Shown: positions 31,601 to 44,230 of the stretch, piece after piece | How the letters are laid out: every line of letters begins with the position of its first letter | Numbering within the stretch: position 1 is the stretch's first letter | From: Eledone cirrhosa | Taxonomy: Eukaryota | Assembly (NCBI GenBank): GCA_964016885.1 | Contig: OZ024742.1 | Span: 19,530,001-19,594,000 of the forward strand | Reading direction: 5' to 3' | DNA: 64,000 nt | Notes under the pieces: generated by a model | Databases searched by the model: none | What the model saw: only the letters and a program-made list of their open reading frames with translations | What the model was told of the DNA's origin: nothing | Translations under genes and position numbers: made by a program

Positions 31601-34600
31601 AAGACACTTTATTTCACGCTGCTCCAGTCCACTGTCTCTTAAGCAAGACACTTTATTTCACGCTGCTCCAGTCCACTGTCTCTTAAGCAAGACACTTTAT
31701 TTCACGCTGCTCCAGTCCACTGTCTCTTAAGCAAGACACTTTATTTCACGTTGCTCCAGTCCACTGTCTCTTAAGCAAGACACTTTATTTCACGCTGCTC
31801 CAGTCCACTGTCTCTTAAGCAAGACACTTTATTTCACGCTGCTCCAGACCACTGTCTCTTAAGCAAGACACTTTATTTCACGCTGCTCCAGTCCACTGTC
31901 TCTTAAGCAAGACACTTTATTTCACGCTGCTCCAGACCACTGTCTCTTAAGCAAGACACTTTATTTCACGCTGCTCCAGTCCACTGTCTCTTAAGCAAGA
32001 CACTTTATTTCACGCTGCTCCAGACCACTGTCTCTTAAGCAAGACACTTTATTTCACGCTGCTCCAGTCCACTGTCTCTTAAGCAAGACACTTTATTTCA
32101 CGCTGCTCCAGTCCACTGTCTCTTAAGCAAGACACTTTATTTCACGCTGCTCCAGTCCACTGTCTCTTAAGCAAGACACTTTATTTCACGTTGCTCCAGT
32201 CCACTGTCTCTTAAGCAAGACACTTTATTTCACGCTGCTCCAGTCCACTCTGTCCTTAAGCAAGACACTTTATTTCACGCTGCTTCAGTCCACTGTGTCC
32301 TTAAGCAAGACACTTTATTTCACGCTGCTCCAGTCCACTGTGTCCTTAAGCAAGACACTTTATTTCACGCTGCTCCAGTCCACTGTCTCTTAAGCAAGAC
32401 ACTTTATTTCACGCTGCTCCAGTCCACTGTGTCCTTAAGCAAGACACTTTATTTCACGCTACTCCAGTCCACTGTGTCCTTAAGCAAGACACTTTATTTC
32501 ACGCTGCTCCAGTCCACTGTCTCTTAAGCAAGACACTTTATTTCACGCTGCTCCAGTCCACTGTCTCTTAAGCAAGACACTTTATTTCACGCTGCTCCAG
32601 TCCACTGTGTCCTTAAGCAAGACACTTTATTTCACGCTGCTCCAGTCCACTGTGTCTTAAGCAAGACACTTTATTTCACGTTGCTCCAGTCCACTGTGTC
32701 CTTAAGCAAGACACTTTATTTCACGCTGCTCCAGTCCACTGTCTCTTAAGCAAGACACTTTATTTCACGTTGCTCCAGTCCACTGTGTCCTTAAGCAAGA
32801 CACTTTATTTCACGCTGCTCCAGTCCACTGTCTCTTAAGCATGACACTTTATTTCACGTTGCTCCAGTCCACTGTGTCCTTAAGCAAGACACTTTATTTC
32901 ACGCTGCTCCAGTCCACTGTCTCTTAAGCAAGACACTTTATTTCACGCTGCTCCAGTCCACTGTGTCCTTAAGCAAGACACTTTATTTCACGTTGCTCCA
33001 GTCTACTGTCTCTTAAGCAAGACACTTTATTTCACGTTGCTCTAGTCCACCGTGTCCTTAAGCAAGACACTTTATTTCACGCTGCTCCAGTCCACTGTGT
33101 CCTTAAGCAAGACACTTTATTTCACGTTGCTCCTGTCCACTGTGTCCTTAAGCAAGACACTTTATTTCACGCTGCTCCAGTCCACTGTCTCTTAAGCAAG
33201 ACACTTTATTTCACGTTGCTCCAGTCCACTGTCTCTTAAGCAAGACACTTTATTTCACGTTGCTCCAGTCCACTGTGTCTTAAGCAAGACACTTTATTTC
33301 ACGTTGCTCCAGTCCACTGTGTCCTTAAGCAAGACACTTTATTTCACGTTGCTCCAGTCCACTGTGTCCTTAAGCAAGACACTTTATTTCACGTTGCTCC
33401 AGTCCACTGTGTCCTTAAGCAAGACACTTTATTTCACGCTGCTCCAGTCCACTGTGTCCTTAAGCAAGACACTTTATTTCACGCTGCTCCAGTCCACTGT
33501 CTCTTAAGCAAGACACTTTATTTCACGTTGCTCCAGTCCACTGTGTCCTTAAGCAAGACACTTTATTTCACGCTGCTCCAGTCCACTGTATCCTTAAGCA
33601 AGACACTTTATTTCACGCTGCTCCAGTCCACTGTATCCTTGAGCAAGACACTTTATTTCACGCTGCTCCAGTCCACTGTATCCTTAAGCAAGACACTTTA
33701 TTTTACGTTGCTCCAGTCCACTGTCTCTTAAGCAAGACACTTTATTTCACGCTGCTCCAGTCCACTGTCTCTTAAGCAAGACACTTTATTTCACGCTGCT
33801 CCAGTCCACTGTCTCTTAAGCAAGACACTTTATTTCACGTTGCTCCAGTCCACTGTGTCTTAAGCAAGACACTTTATTTCACGCTGCTCCAGCCCACTGT
33901 GTCCTTAAGCAAGACACTTTATTTCACGTTGCTCCAGTCCACTGTGTCTTAAGCAAGACACTTTATTTCACGCTGCTCCAGTCCACTGTGTCCTTAAGCA
34001 AGACACTTTATTTCACGTTGCTCCAGTCCACTGTGTCTTAAGCAAGACACTTTATTTCACGCTGCTCCAGTCCACTGTGTCTTAAGCAAGACACTTTATT
34101 TCACGCTGCTCCAGTCCACTGTGTCCTTAAGCAAGACACTTTATTTCACGTTGCTCCAGTCCACTGTGTCTTAAGCAAGACACTTTATTTCACGCTGCTC
34201 CAGTCCACTGTCTCTTAAGCAAGACACTTTATTTCACGTTGCTCCAGTCCACTGTCTCTTAAGCAAGACACTTTATTTCACGCTGCTCCAGTCCACTGTG
34301 TCTTAAGCAAGACACTTTATTTCACGTTGCTCCAGTCCACTGTGTCCTTAAGCAAGACACTTTATTTCACGTTGCTCCAGTTCACTGTGTCTTAAGCAAG
34401 ACACTTTATTTCACGCTGCTCCAGTCCACTGTGTCTTAAGCAAGACACTTTATTTCACGTTGCTCCAGTCCACTGTGTCCTTAAGCAAGACACTTTATTT
34501 CACTTTGCTCCAGTCCACTGTGTCCTTAAGCAAGACACTTTATTTCACGTTGCTCCAGTCCACTGTGTCCTTAAGCAAGACACTTTGTTTCACGCTGCTC

Positions 34601-35181
34601 CAGTCCACTGTATCCTTAAGCACGACACTTTATTTCACGCTGCTCCAGTCCACTGTCTCTTAAGCAAGACACTTTATTTCACGCTGCTCCAGTCCACTGT
34701 GTCCTTAAGCAAGACACTTTATTTCACGCTGCTCCAGTCCACTGTATCCTTAAGCAAGACACTTTATTTCACGCTGTTCCAGTACACTGTGTCCTTAAGC
34801 AAGACACTTTATTTCACGTTGCTCCAGTCCACTGTGTCCTTAAGCAAGACACTTTATTTCACGCTGCTCCAGTCCACTGTGTCCTTAACAAGACACTTTA
34901 TTTCACGCTGCTCCAGTCCACTGTGTCCTTAAGCAAGACACTTTATTTCACGTTGCTCCAGTCCACTCAGCTGGAAAGAAATAAGTTGTACCTGTAATTA
35001 GAAGAGACAGCATTGTCATATTTTGTGTCACGCTGATCTCCCCAAGAATTACGTTAAGGGTACGTACACGTGTCTGTGGAATTCTCAGCCACTTGCACTT
35101 GTGGAATGCTCAGCCACGAGCAGGCTGTTGTGTTGATCATACCAACTGGAACACTCGTCGTCGCAACCGACGGAATGCCAG
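16628..35181 (+). mobile_element. Single tRNA-derived CORE-type SINE split by an internal satellite expansion
   Basis: Head 16628-16704 (TGGCTTTATGGTTAGG A-box, GAGTTCGATTC B-box); tail 34968-35181 matches the tails of copies at 38960-39135 and 43157-43250. Confidence 0.85.
16705..34967 (+). repeat. 44/45-bp satellite, ~410 units, 18.3 kb
   Basis: Units GTGTCCTTAAGCAAGACACTTTATTTCACG(C/T)TGCTCCAGTCCACT (45 bp) and GTCTCTTAAG... (44 bp); copy number estimated from length. Confidence 0.97.
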
Positions 35182-35209
35182 TTATCATTGTCATAATTAT
35201 CACGAAATC

Positions 35210-35400
35210 ATTACTTGGTTTGGCAAAGACGTTAGAGCGTCGGATGAAATATATGGCAGTATTTCACTACGACACAGTAGGTTGTGAGTTCGAATCCCGT
35301 CCAGGTAAAATATTTCCCTTTCATCCTTCAAAGCGTCGACTGTAAAATAGAATCCCAGTCATGTACTGGGGTAGATTTAATCGACTTTGGCACACCTCTA
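35210..35400 (+). mobile_element. Diverged SINE related to family A
   Basis: TGGTTTGGCAAAGACGTTAGAGCGTCGG head, GAGTTCGAATCCCG, CCTTTCATCCTT body. Confidence 0.65.
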
Positions 35401-35472
35401 TATTGCAGCCCTATATATATATATATCACATAAGAAACGGAGAATCAGTGTTGCGACGAATAAAATTTATTA

Positions 35473-35567
35473 GACATATTACGATCGTTTCTCTGGCGAC
35501 CAGCTCGAGGGACGATTGATGTAATGATCGAACCTGACTCCGAAATCGCAAGGTCGTCAGATACGTC
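35473..35567 (-). ncRNA. Type I minimal hammerhead ribozyme, 62-nt stem II region
   Basis: GACGUAU-CUGACGA-[62 nt]-GAAA-CGAUCG-UA-AUAUGUC; 7-bp stem I, palindromic stem III; base of stem II is imperfect. Confidence 0.75.
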
Positions 35568-35572
35568 TCGAT

Positions 35573-35626
<54 letters not shown>

Positions 35627-35766
35627 ATATATATATATATATGCATATATATATGCATATATACATATGCATATATATATGCATATATACATATATATAT
35701 ATATATATCTACATATACACACGCATATGTATATACCATTTTGTTATAAACATATACATATATATA

Positions 35767-35908
35767 ACGAAGGAAGTGTGGTAAGGAACCAGGTGGACCA
35801 TAACGCACCCGAGTACTCGATACTGTGGGTAGTAGAGTGGGTAATAGGGAAAGATTCAGGACCCCGACGGCAGAGCTCTGGCCCTTTCAACAGCTTGTTC
35901 AGAACTAT
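35767..35908. mobile_element. Family X element
   Basis: Homology to 43992-44197. Confidence 0.8.
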
Positions 35909-35983
35909 ATGTCTTTGTATATATATATTGTGTATGTATATATTATATATGTATATGTATGTATGTATATATATCTATATATC

Positions 35984-36048
<65 letters not shown>

Positions 36049-36122
36049 GTGTATGTATGAATATATGTATATATGTAACATATATGTGCATGAGTATGTA
36101 TGAGTCTGTCTATCAATCTATC

Positions 36123-36235
<113 letters not shown>

Positions 36236-36774
36236 CTTATATATATAAAGACAACTAGCATAATGTTGTTTTAACGAAAGTTTTTTTTTCTTTATGTTCA
36301 CGTCTATTTCCTTTACTACCACCACTACTACTACTACCACTACTACTACTACTGTCGATCCTTTCATTCTCGTCACACCAGTGTAGTGTTTATTATGACT
36401 GGTGTTGTTCTTACTGTACGCCACTAGGCCTGTGGTCGCCTGTTTCTGCAACAGGCAACATATCCACCCTAACAAACCACGTTGTTAGACACAAGGTTGA
36501 GGGTTTTAGCTGTTGTTTTGTGGTCAGGTGCAGTAATATATAGGGGGTGGGTTAATATAGAGACAAGAAGCACAGCTTCCTTCTCTCTCACCCTCTCTCT
36601 CACCCACTCTCTCTCTCTCTCCTACTATACATACATACTTCTTACGTCTAACTCTTCCTTACTATATATGTGTATACACACAACACAACTGTTCTCACTC
36701 TCTCTTCGGTTTATGCATATATATATATATATATATATATATAACTTGACGTTACTATCCCTAAAATCTCTCTC

Positions 36775-36832
<58 letters not shown>

Positions 36833-37480
36833 GACACTTGTCTAATTCTTCCGTATTAAACACACACACATACATACACACCCACGGCACTAAGAGAATA
36901 AACGTCGAGGAAGGAGGGATTCATTTATCTCCTCCTCCTCTCACCCACTCTATACACACACACACATACACATACACACATTTATATATGTATATATAAA
37001 GATATATTGCAGTTAATTTGTTTGTTTTAGACAAACATGTGGAGAAGGTGGAGGCTTGGACAATGATATTTCCCGCTTTATATAATATTGGTGAAACAGA
37101 GCAACTCTCTTAAACAGTGTCTATATAGACTCAGAAGACACAAACACAGACACATATATATAGAGAGAGAGACTTATATACTACATATATATAGTTATGG
37201 AGTTCAATACTAGCTTACGGCTTTTTAACATTATCCTTTTATTGTTTCTTACAAACTTCCAGGTAAGTTTACCTTTCATTCATATTATCTTTCCTTTATT
37301 TATTTCTATTTGTCTTTCTCTCTTTCTATCTTTTCTTCTTCTAATTTTCTGTCTCTTTCGAAACTTTCTGTTTGTTTTCTTTATCTCTTTCTTCTTTCTT
37401 ATCTTCTTTATTTCTTAGTTTATTTACTTCGCTGTCTCTTTTTCTTTCTCTGTAACGTTCTCCCTGTGTGTGTGTATGTT

Positions 37481-37513
<33 letters not shown>

Positions 37514-37710
37514 AGTAAGATTGCTTGGATGCGTCCATAGGCGGTATGCCGGTTGAGCACTCAATGCGCTTTCGGAGCAGAGTATGATAATATGGAAAAC
37601 TAAGAATCAGTGATGCATCGGAACACAATTTATTACGTATTACAAAATACGTATAAATTTGTGTTCCGACGCATCACTGATTCTTCGTTTATATATATAT
37701 ATATATATAT

Positions 37711-37900
37711 AATGTGAGTGCCGGGTTCAATCGGGGGTAACCACAGTAAGTAAGGTACTCAATACATTAGTAGAGTGTAAACATTATGTTTCATACAGAA
37801 CTAGAACTATTTCATTAAAAAATAAATCTTCAGGAAAGCCTGAAGATTTTTTTTTATGAAACAGTTCTAGTCCTGTAGAAGCCAGTTCTATATTAAACAT
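37711..37900. mobile_element. Family Y (TA)n-inserted fold-back element with hammerhead-like cores on both strands
   Basis: Homologous to 57327-57475; TCTTCAGG-AAAG-CCTGAAGA inversion centre; CTGAAGA..GAAACAGTTCTAG. Confidence 0.65.
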
Positions 37901-38135
37901 GATATATAATGTAATCACATATAAACGTGCTTGCACATACAATTTAGTTATATTGTGATTAATATATATTAATTAGTATTTAATGATATTTAATTGTATT
38001 GGATAACAGATAATTGATATAGGTGTTAGTAAAAGTATGAATGTTATCATATTCAAATTTACAGTCCATTGCCGGGATAAACCCCCAGCTATTGCTGTTT
38101 TTTTTTTTGTTTTTTTTTAACTGAGTATATATGTG

Positions 38136-38370
38136 GAGACGCGTGGCCTAGTGGTAAAGGTGTCGGACTAGTGACATAATGTCGTGGGTTCGAATCCTGG
38201 GCTGGGTTGTGTATTGTGTTCTTGAGCAATACACTTCATTTTTAAGTTGCCCCAATATACTCGGCTGAAAAGAAAATTAATACCAGCAATAGTTGGGGTT
38301 TTAACCCTGTGATGGACTGGTGTCCTGTCCAGGGGGCCGTTATGTCACGGAAACTGGAATAAGTTCCGGG
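38136..38370 (+). mobile_element. tRNA-derived CORE-type SINE, family C
   Basis: TGGCCTAGTGGTAAAGG A-box, GGTTCGAATCC B-box, TGTGTTCTTGAGCAATACACTT core, CCCTGTGATGGACTGG tail. Confidence 0.8.
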
Positions 38371-38404
38371 CTTGAGACAGACTTTAGATATGTCTATGAA
38401 GGGC

Positions 38405-38610
38405 GGTGGATTAGCGGAATTGGTAGATCGTCTGACAACATATAGTTACGGCCTTTTATGTTCTGAGTTCAAATCCCGTCGAAATTAGCTCTGCCTTTCA
38501 TCTTTACGGAGTCGATAAAATAAAGTACCAGAAATGCACTGGGGTCGATTTAATCAACTTTCCCCTTCCCTTCAAATTTGTGGTCATGTGCTAAGAGCAG
38601 AAACTATTAT
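38405..38610 (+). mobile_element. SINE family A variant
   Basis: GAGTTCAAATCCCG..GCCTTTCATC..GTCGATAAAATAAAGTACCAG. Confidence 0.8.
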
Positions 38611-38823
38611 ATGCCTATACGTTCTAGAGTTCAAACCCCACTCAGTGGGTGCTAGTTTGTCTCCCATCCCAACGAAAGTGGACAAAATAATTACGAATCA
38701 TATATTGGGATAGGTTTAATCGAATACACCCTCACCCACCACCGTTGTAATTTAAATAGTTAGCACACACGAACCAGTTCCAAATCTTAACTGAACAGAA
38801 ATATATCTAACATAGGCCTGTTG

Positions 38824-39135
38824 GTGCAGTATGGCCGAATGGTTAAGGAATTCCCTTCACAATCATTAGGTTCACGTTTGTAGCCCACGGATCGACCCAT
38901 GACTTATCAGTAAAATTGGGTCTACGAAAACTGTGAGGAAGCCCGTCGGATACATTATACTTGTAATTCAAAAGCCAGTCATGACACACGCTGTGTCCCG
39001 CTGAATCTCTCTGCGATTTATATTAAGGGTACATGTATATGTGGAATGCTCAGCCACCTACACGTTAGTTTCATGTGCTGGTTGTTCCATTCATCAAACA
39101 ACTGGAATAGTAAACAACGAGACTGACGGAGATCC
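38824..39135 (+). mobile_element. Diverged SINE sharing its tail with the satellite-bearing SINE
   Basis: TGGCCGAATGGTTAAGG head; GCTGAATCTC..AAGGGTACA..GTGGAATGCTCAGCCAC..GACGGAG tail. Confidence 0.65.
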
Positions 39136-39172
39136 ATTCATTCATTATTTTAACTAATAGTGATACTGAAAG

Positions 39173-39385
39173 CAGTGCTGAACTTACCTATGAACTAAGC
39201 TAAGCTAAAGCTTAGGGTCACACACCCCCGGGGTCTTATTTTTTTTAAATATATCTTTTCTTAATCATTAGTTGTTTTATTCTTTAATACTAAATAATCT
39301 CGAATTATATATAACAAAAATACCTATACTCTCCCAATGTATTGAGTTCTCTTTAACTGTGGTTACTACCCGACACAACTCGGGA

Positions 39386-39458
<73 letters not shown>

Positions 39459-39562
39459 AAGAGTCAGGTCCTGACTCTTTTCCTATTACCCACTCTACTT
39501 CTCTATGTATCGAGTACTCTGGTGAGTTATGGTCCACTTGGTTTCTTACCACACCTTCTTTG

Positions 39563-39640
<78 letters not shown>

Positions 39641-39786
39641 ATGTGTGTACATTATTTAATTTCGTAATCATTAATAAATATTAATCATATATAATTATTT
39701 TAAAAGATTTTTACCCTAATGGTTTTTAAAGAAGGGCCTCAAATTTCATACAGTTTAGGACCTCAGCTGAAGAAAGTCCGACCCAA
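39173..39786 (+). mobile_element. hAT-like MITE family M with nested insertions
   Basis: 8-bp flanks ACTGAAAG / GCTGAAAG; contains a family X element at 39457-39565. Confidence 0.75.
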
Positions 39787-40073
39787 GCTGAAAGAACAAA
39801 TTAGAAAATAGACTTGAGATCGGCTCGCAGCCTCCGTTTATCTGATTGGGATAGATTCAATCGAATATACCCCCTTCCCTCGCTATCACTGTAGTTTAAA
39901 TAGTAAGCACCTACCACAAGTATTAACACCACAACATCACAACAAATACTATTGTTTGTTTGTTTTTTTCTTTTTTCAACTTATTTTCAGTGAGTCGTGA
40001 GTTCAAAGTTCGAGGTTCAAATCCATTGTAGAATAACCTTAGCCTCTTCTTAGTTGCCCTTACTTCCTATAAC

Positions 40074-40107
<34 letters not shown>

Positions 40108-40601
40108 CATACTCTGGTTTCACTCACGAGGTTGTGGCCATGCTGGATCACCGCCTTGAATTAGTCTGGATCTTATCGACATCAATACTTTCTTTATCGA
40201 TCCCAGTTTTGTGAATCCGCTAATTTACTGGACACACACACGCACACACAGACATACACACACCTCTGCAGTTTCCGTCTACCACGTCCAAACTATTGGT
40301 CAACCCTATACTTCAGTAGGGAACACTTGTCCAAGGTGCCGCGTAACAGGACTAAACCCAGAATCAGACAGTTACAAAGTGAACACCTTAACCACACATG
40401 CCTGCTCATATATATCTTTATCCCTTCATATATAAATGACTTCTACAGAACTAGAACTGTTTCATTCGTATGAAATCATCAGGATTTTCTTTGTGATTTC
40501 ATAAATATACCTTTGCTCTACTAACGTATTGAGAAACCTTTTTTAACTGTCGTCTCCTCCTGATACCTATCGGGAATCCACCTATAATTATGTGTATATA
40601 T

Positions 40602-40792
40602 CAGACCTGTCAACACTCCCCCTCCGACGGGGAGATCTCCCACCCACTTTAGTGTGGGTGAGAGATGTCTTCTCTTGTGAAATGAGTATAGCTTTTATTA
40701 TGTAAAATCTCCCCATTTTGCCTCATTTCTCCCCGTTTTCGGGCACTTTTCATGGTATTCCCCGTTTGGGTTTTTAGAGGTTGGCAGGTCTG
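40602..40792. mobile_element. hAT-type MITE
   Basis: TIRs CAGACCTGTCAAC / GTTGGCAGGTCTG; flanks GTATATAT / CTATATAT. Confidence 0.8.
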
Positions 40793-40820
40793 CTATATAT
40801 ATATATATTTATATATATAT

Positions 40821-40940
40821 AGAAGGACTAGCGTCCGAAACGTTAAGACCCTCTTCCTGCCATATCAAGCAGCGTTAACCTAATATATCCCTTCCATATA
40901 CTGTACCGATTGTGTTGTTATTTCTGTTTACCTTTTACAT
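40821..40940 (+). mobile_element. (TA)n-flanked fragment starting with a 5'-truncated hammerhead
   Basis: AGAA-GGAC-TAGC-GTCC-GAAACGTTA; the CTGA part of the core is missing. Confidence 0.5.
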
Positions 40941-41439
40941 ACATATATATTATATATATATATATACTGTATATATATATATATATATATATAACGAAGT
41001 GGAAGGGGGGCTGAAAAGTTAATATGAGGGGGGATTATTCGCGACCCTAGATAAATTAATTAGATTTCCATTTTTAATAAATTGAAACTGAAACAACACT
41101 GTTTTCAATATCTCGAATGTGAAACAACAAATAATGTCAAATGTAAACAAAATGTATTTATACACTTAGTCAAATGTCAACGAAATGTATTTATATATCT
41201 AAAAATAAAGTATTACAGCTGTAAATCCCGTTACCCTGAAACGATGTGACTGTGCGCTTTAAAAGTTCGTTTTTAAAGCATGTGGTCCCGGGATCGTTCC
41301 CACTGCATGGCACACATGTGCAAAGTTTTCAGCTTTAACCACCATTTTGTTCACAGCCTTGTGTGTGAAATATGGTAGATGGGAACTCTGTAAAAGCTTG
41401 CCGTGTGTATTTGTTTACGTCTACAGTTTCGAAACAGTG

Positions 41440-41660
41440 TCTTCTTTTCCTTTTTTCTTCGCCCACTTAGTCTTGAATATCGTGTGGGGACAGTCCTCAG
41501 ACACTCCTTCTAACGGCTCCTGTCAGAAGCCATGCAGCCGTCTCCAATTGATTCGACTGGATCCCTAAGCGAGACCAGCCAAGCTCATGGATGTTATCCA
41601 ACCTTCTTGCTGGGGGGGGGAGTCTGGCCCTGGGTCTCCTGTCCCTTGGTTTCGCCCTTA
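41440..41660 (-). mobile_element. RTE-clade LINE 3' fragment
   Basis: Homologous to 45625-45830 (RRPRAR..WITS); (AAG)-rich tail. Confidence 0.7.
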
Positions 41661-42159
41661 AAATAATGTCTGATTTTAAAATAAATTTAATTGGAAGTTG
41701 TTTTTTATATATATTTTTTTCTTTTTTTATTAAGATTATGAACTTTTAATGATCAAAAAATAAAAATCCCAAGATTATTTTATATTTCCGTCAACCCCCC
41801 ACCCCCACCCCCTAAAAAAACCAACAAACCAAAGAAAATTTAGAGGGAGTTTTCGAATGTCCACGCTAAAACGAAAAACTGCCACGACCGGCACCTCTTC
41901 GTTAACTATTTTCTAATGCTTAAAATAATTGTTGCCATGGCCGTCTTCAGATGTAAGCCCCAGAAGGTGGAGTGACTGTTCCAGTGTGTCTCCCTCACCG
42001 TCCTCCGAGGTAATGTATTCTCAATCCTGTCGGTCGGAACCCAGAAGCGGGGGGGGGGGGGAGCAAGTTAGTTGGTAGTGAAGGATACTCATTCGTATGT
42101 CACTTCACACATGTATTGAGTGGCTTTTATCTGTTGTATAAATAACATTCTAAAGTCTA

Positions 42160-42413
42160 AAGTCTGTCTCGTGACTGGAGGCACATCAGGCCGGTGCTTA
42201 TCCCGGTTTCTGTGGCATGAAGCGACTGAGAGTACAAGACTCCCCCTGGAGAGGATGTCAGTCCATCACAGGGTTAAACCACCAAATATTGCTGGTACTC
42301 ATTTTCAGCTAAGTATACTGGAGCAACTAGAAATGAGGTGTTTTGCTCTAAAACACAACACACAACCCGGGAATCGAACCCACGACATTATGGTCGTAAG
42401 TCCAATACACTAA
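42160..42413 (-). mobile_element. CORE-type SINE, family C
   Basis: Reverse complement of 38136-38370 (GGGAATCGAACCCACGAC). Confidence 0.8.
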
Positions 42414-42493
42414 TAGGTCACAAAGGATAAAAATATATTACAAATCATATAACTGAAATATAGTGGAGAGTTCAGAGAGAGGTTACTATGTTT

Positions 42494-42800
42494 GGTGGAT
42501 TGGCAGTATCGGTAGAGGGTCGGACGTCATGCTTTGATGCATAGAGTTACCGCCCTTTCCAGTCTGAGTTCAAATCCCGCCGAGGTTCAAATCCCGCTGA
42601 GTTCAAATCCCGCAACTTTGCCTTTCATCTTTACGGGGTCGATAAAAAATAAAGTACCAGTAATGTACTGGGATAATTGCTGGCCTTGTGCCACAAGTAG
42701 AAACAATTATTACATCCTTGATGGACTGGCAGAATCGGTCAAGTACCAGTAATGTACTGGGTAATTGCTGGCCTTGTGTCACAAGTAGAGACAATTATTA
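42494..42800 (+). mobile_element. SINE family A followed by an internally deleted second copy
   Basis: Full copy with triplicated B-box segment, then head TGGACTGGCAGAATCGGT fused to tail AAGTACCAG. Confidence 0.8.
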
Positions 42801-43036
42801 CATCTTTGATGGTGAGTGAAACATCTGTTGAATGTACTTTATTGTTTCTAAGTAAGACCGTATCACACCTGAAGAATTTTACAGCTACATATAACACAAA
42901 TTTACATAATCTCGAGCCTAGTAGATCTTTTTGATCAAAGCCGTTCCAGTCGTGACCATCACGTCTTTTTTGTAGACCCAGAAATATATTCATGAGTGAG
43001 TCTTTATTTTTTTCTGTTTTGAATTTGTGTGAAGTG

Positions 43037-43250
43037 AAGACACGTGATGGATTGGTTAAGGTGTTCAGCTCACTGTCTTAAGTCGTGAATTAGATTTGCG
43101 GTGGTGTGTTGTGTCATTGAACAAAAACACGTTATTGCATGTTGTTCCAGTTCACACAGCTGACAAAAATGTGTTCTATTTTGTAATTCAAAGGACCAGC
43201 CTTGTCATACACTGTCTCACGCTGAATCTCCCTGAAAAATATATTATAGG
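43037..43250 (+). mobile_element. Unexpanded relative of the satellite-bearing SINE
   Basis: Single diverged unit GTGTCATTGAACAAAAACACGTTATTGCATGTTGTTCCAGTTCACA followed by CAGCTG; a matching tail segment lies at ~44308-44420. Confidence 0.75.
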
Positions 43251-43252
43251 TT

Positions 43253-43625
43253 AAGGCCGGACTTTCACCTGCTGGGGCTCTAAGCTATGTGAAATTAGAG
43301 ACCCTTCGCTAATTAAAACAAAAGTTGGGGAAAAAATAATTTAAAATAATTATACATGATTATTATTTTTAATGTTAAAAATGGTTTCTTATATAGGCAC
43401 AAGGCTATCAATTTTGGGAGAGAGGAAAGTCGATTAAATCGACCCCAGTGCGTGACTGGTACTTTATTTTATCGACCCCGTAAGGATGAAAGGCAAAGTT
43501 AACCACGGGGCGATTTGAACTCAGATCATAAAGGGCCATAACTCTATGTTGCAAAGCATGGCGTCCGACCTTCTACCGATACTGCCAATCCACCGTCCTA
43601 TTTTTAACGTTAATAATAAAAATAA

Positions 43626-43694
<69 letters not shown>

Positions 43695-43711
43695 GTGCGT
43701 GTGTGCGTGTG

Positions 43712-43795
<84 letters not shown>

Positions 43796-43911
43796 ATATT
43801 TTATGATTTAGTGTTAAAGAATAAAAACTAAATATTTTATTAAATGAGCCCCCCCGACGGTGTGTGACCCTAAGCTAGAGCTTATTTAGCTTGTAGGTAA
43901 GTCCACCACTG
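43253..43911 (-). mobile_element. MITE family M containing a SINE (43381-43594) and (GT)n/(GCGT)n
   Basis: Both ends match the other family M copies. Confidence 0.7.
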
Positions 43912-43952
43912 GATGGAGGATCCAGCGATTTATGAAGTTATATCTATCTATT

Positions 43953-43991
<39 letters not shown>

Positions 43992-43993
<2 letters not shown>

Positions 43994-44192
43994 CGAAGGA
44001 ATTGTGGTAAGGAACCAGCTGGACCATAACGCACCAAAGTACTCAATACTTAGGGTAGTAGAGTGGGTAATAGGAACGAGTAGGACCCTGACGGCTGAGC
44101 TCAAGCCGTTTCGACGGCTAATTCTGGACTAAATTTAGTCCAGAATTAGCTGTCGAAACGGCTTGAGCTCAGCCGTCGGGGTCCTACTCGTT

Positions 44193-44197
<5 letters not shown>
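43992..44197. mobile_element. Family X element with a 128-bp spacer-less palindrome (44070-44197)
   Basis: Centre CTAAA|TTTAG at 44133/44134; two mismatches between arms. Confidence 0.85.

Positions 44198-44230
<33 letters not shown>

Noticed and set aside
16705-34967. CRISPR-like array or repeat protein (SLSKTLYFTLLQSTV)
   Set aside because: No unique spacers, no cas genes and a eukaryotic context; 44-bp units break the frame.
38136-38210. tRNA gene (also at 16628, 42360, 53795)
   Set aside because: A and B boxes are present but there is no acceptor stem, and each continues into a SINE body.
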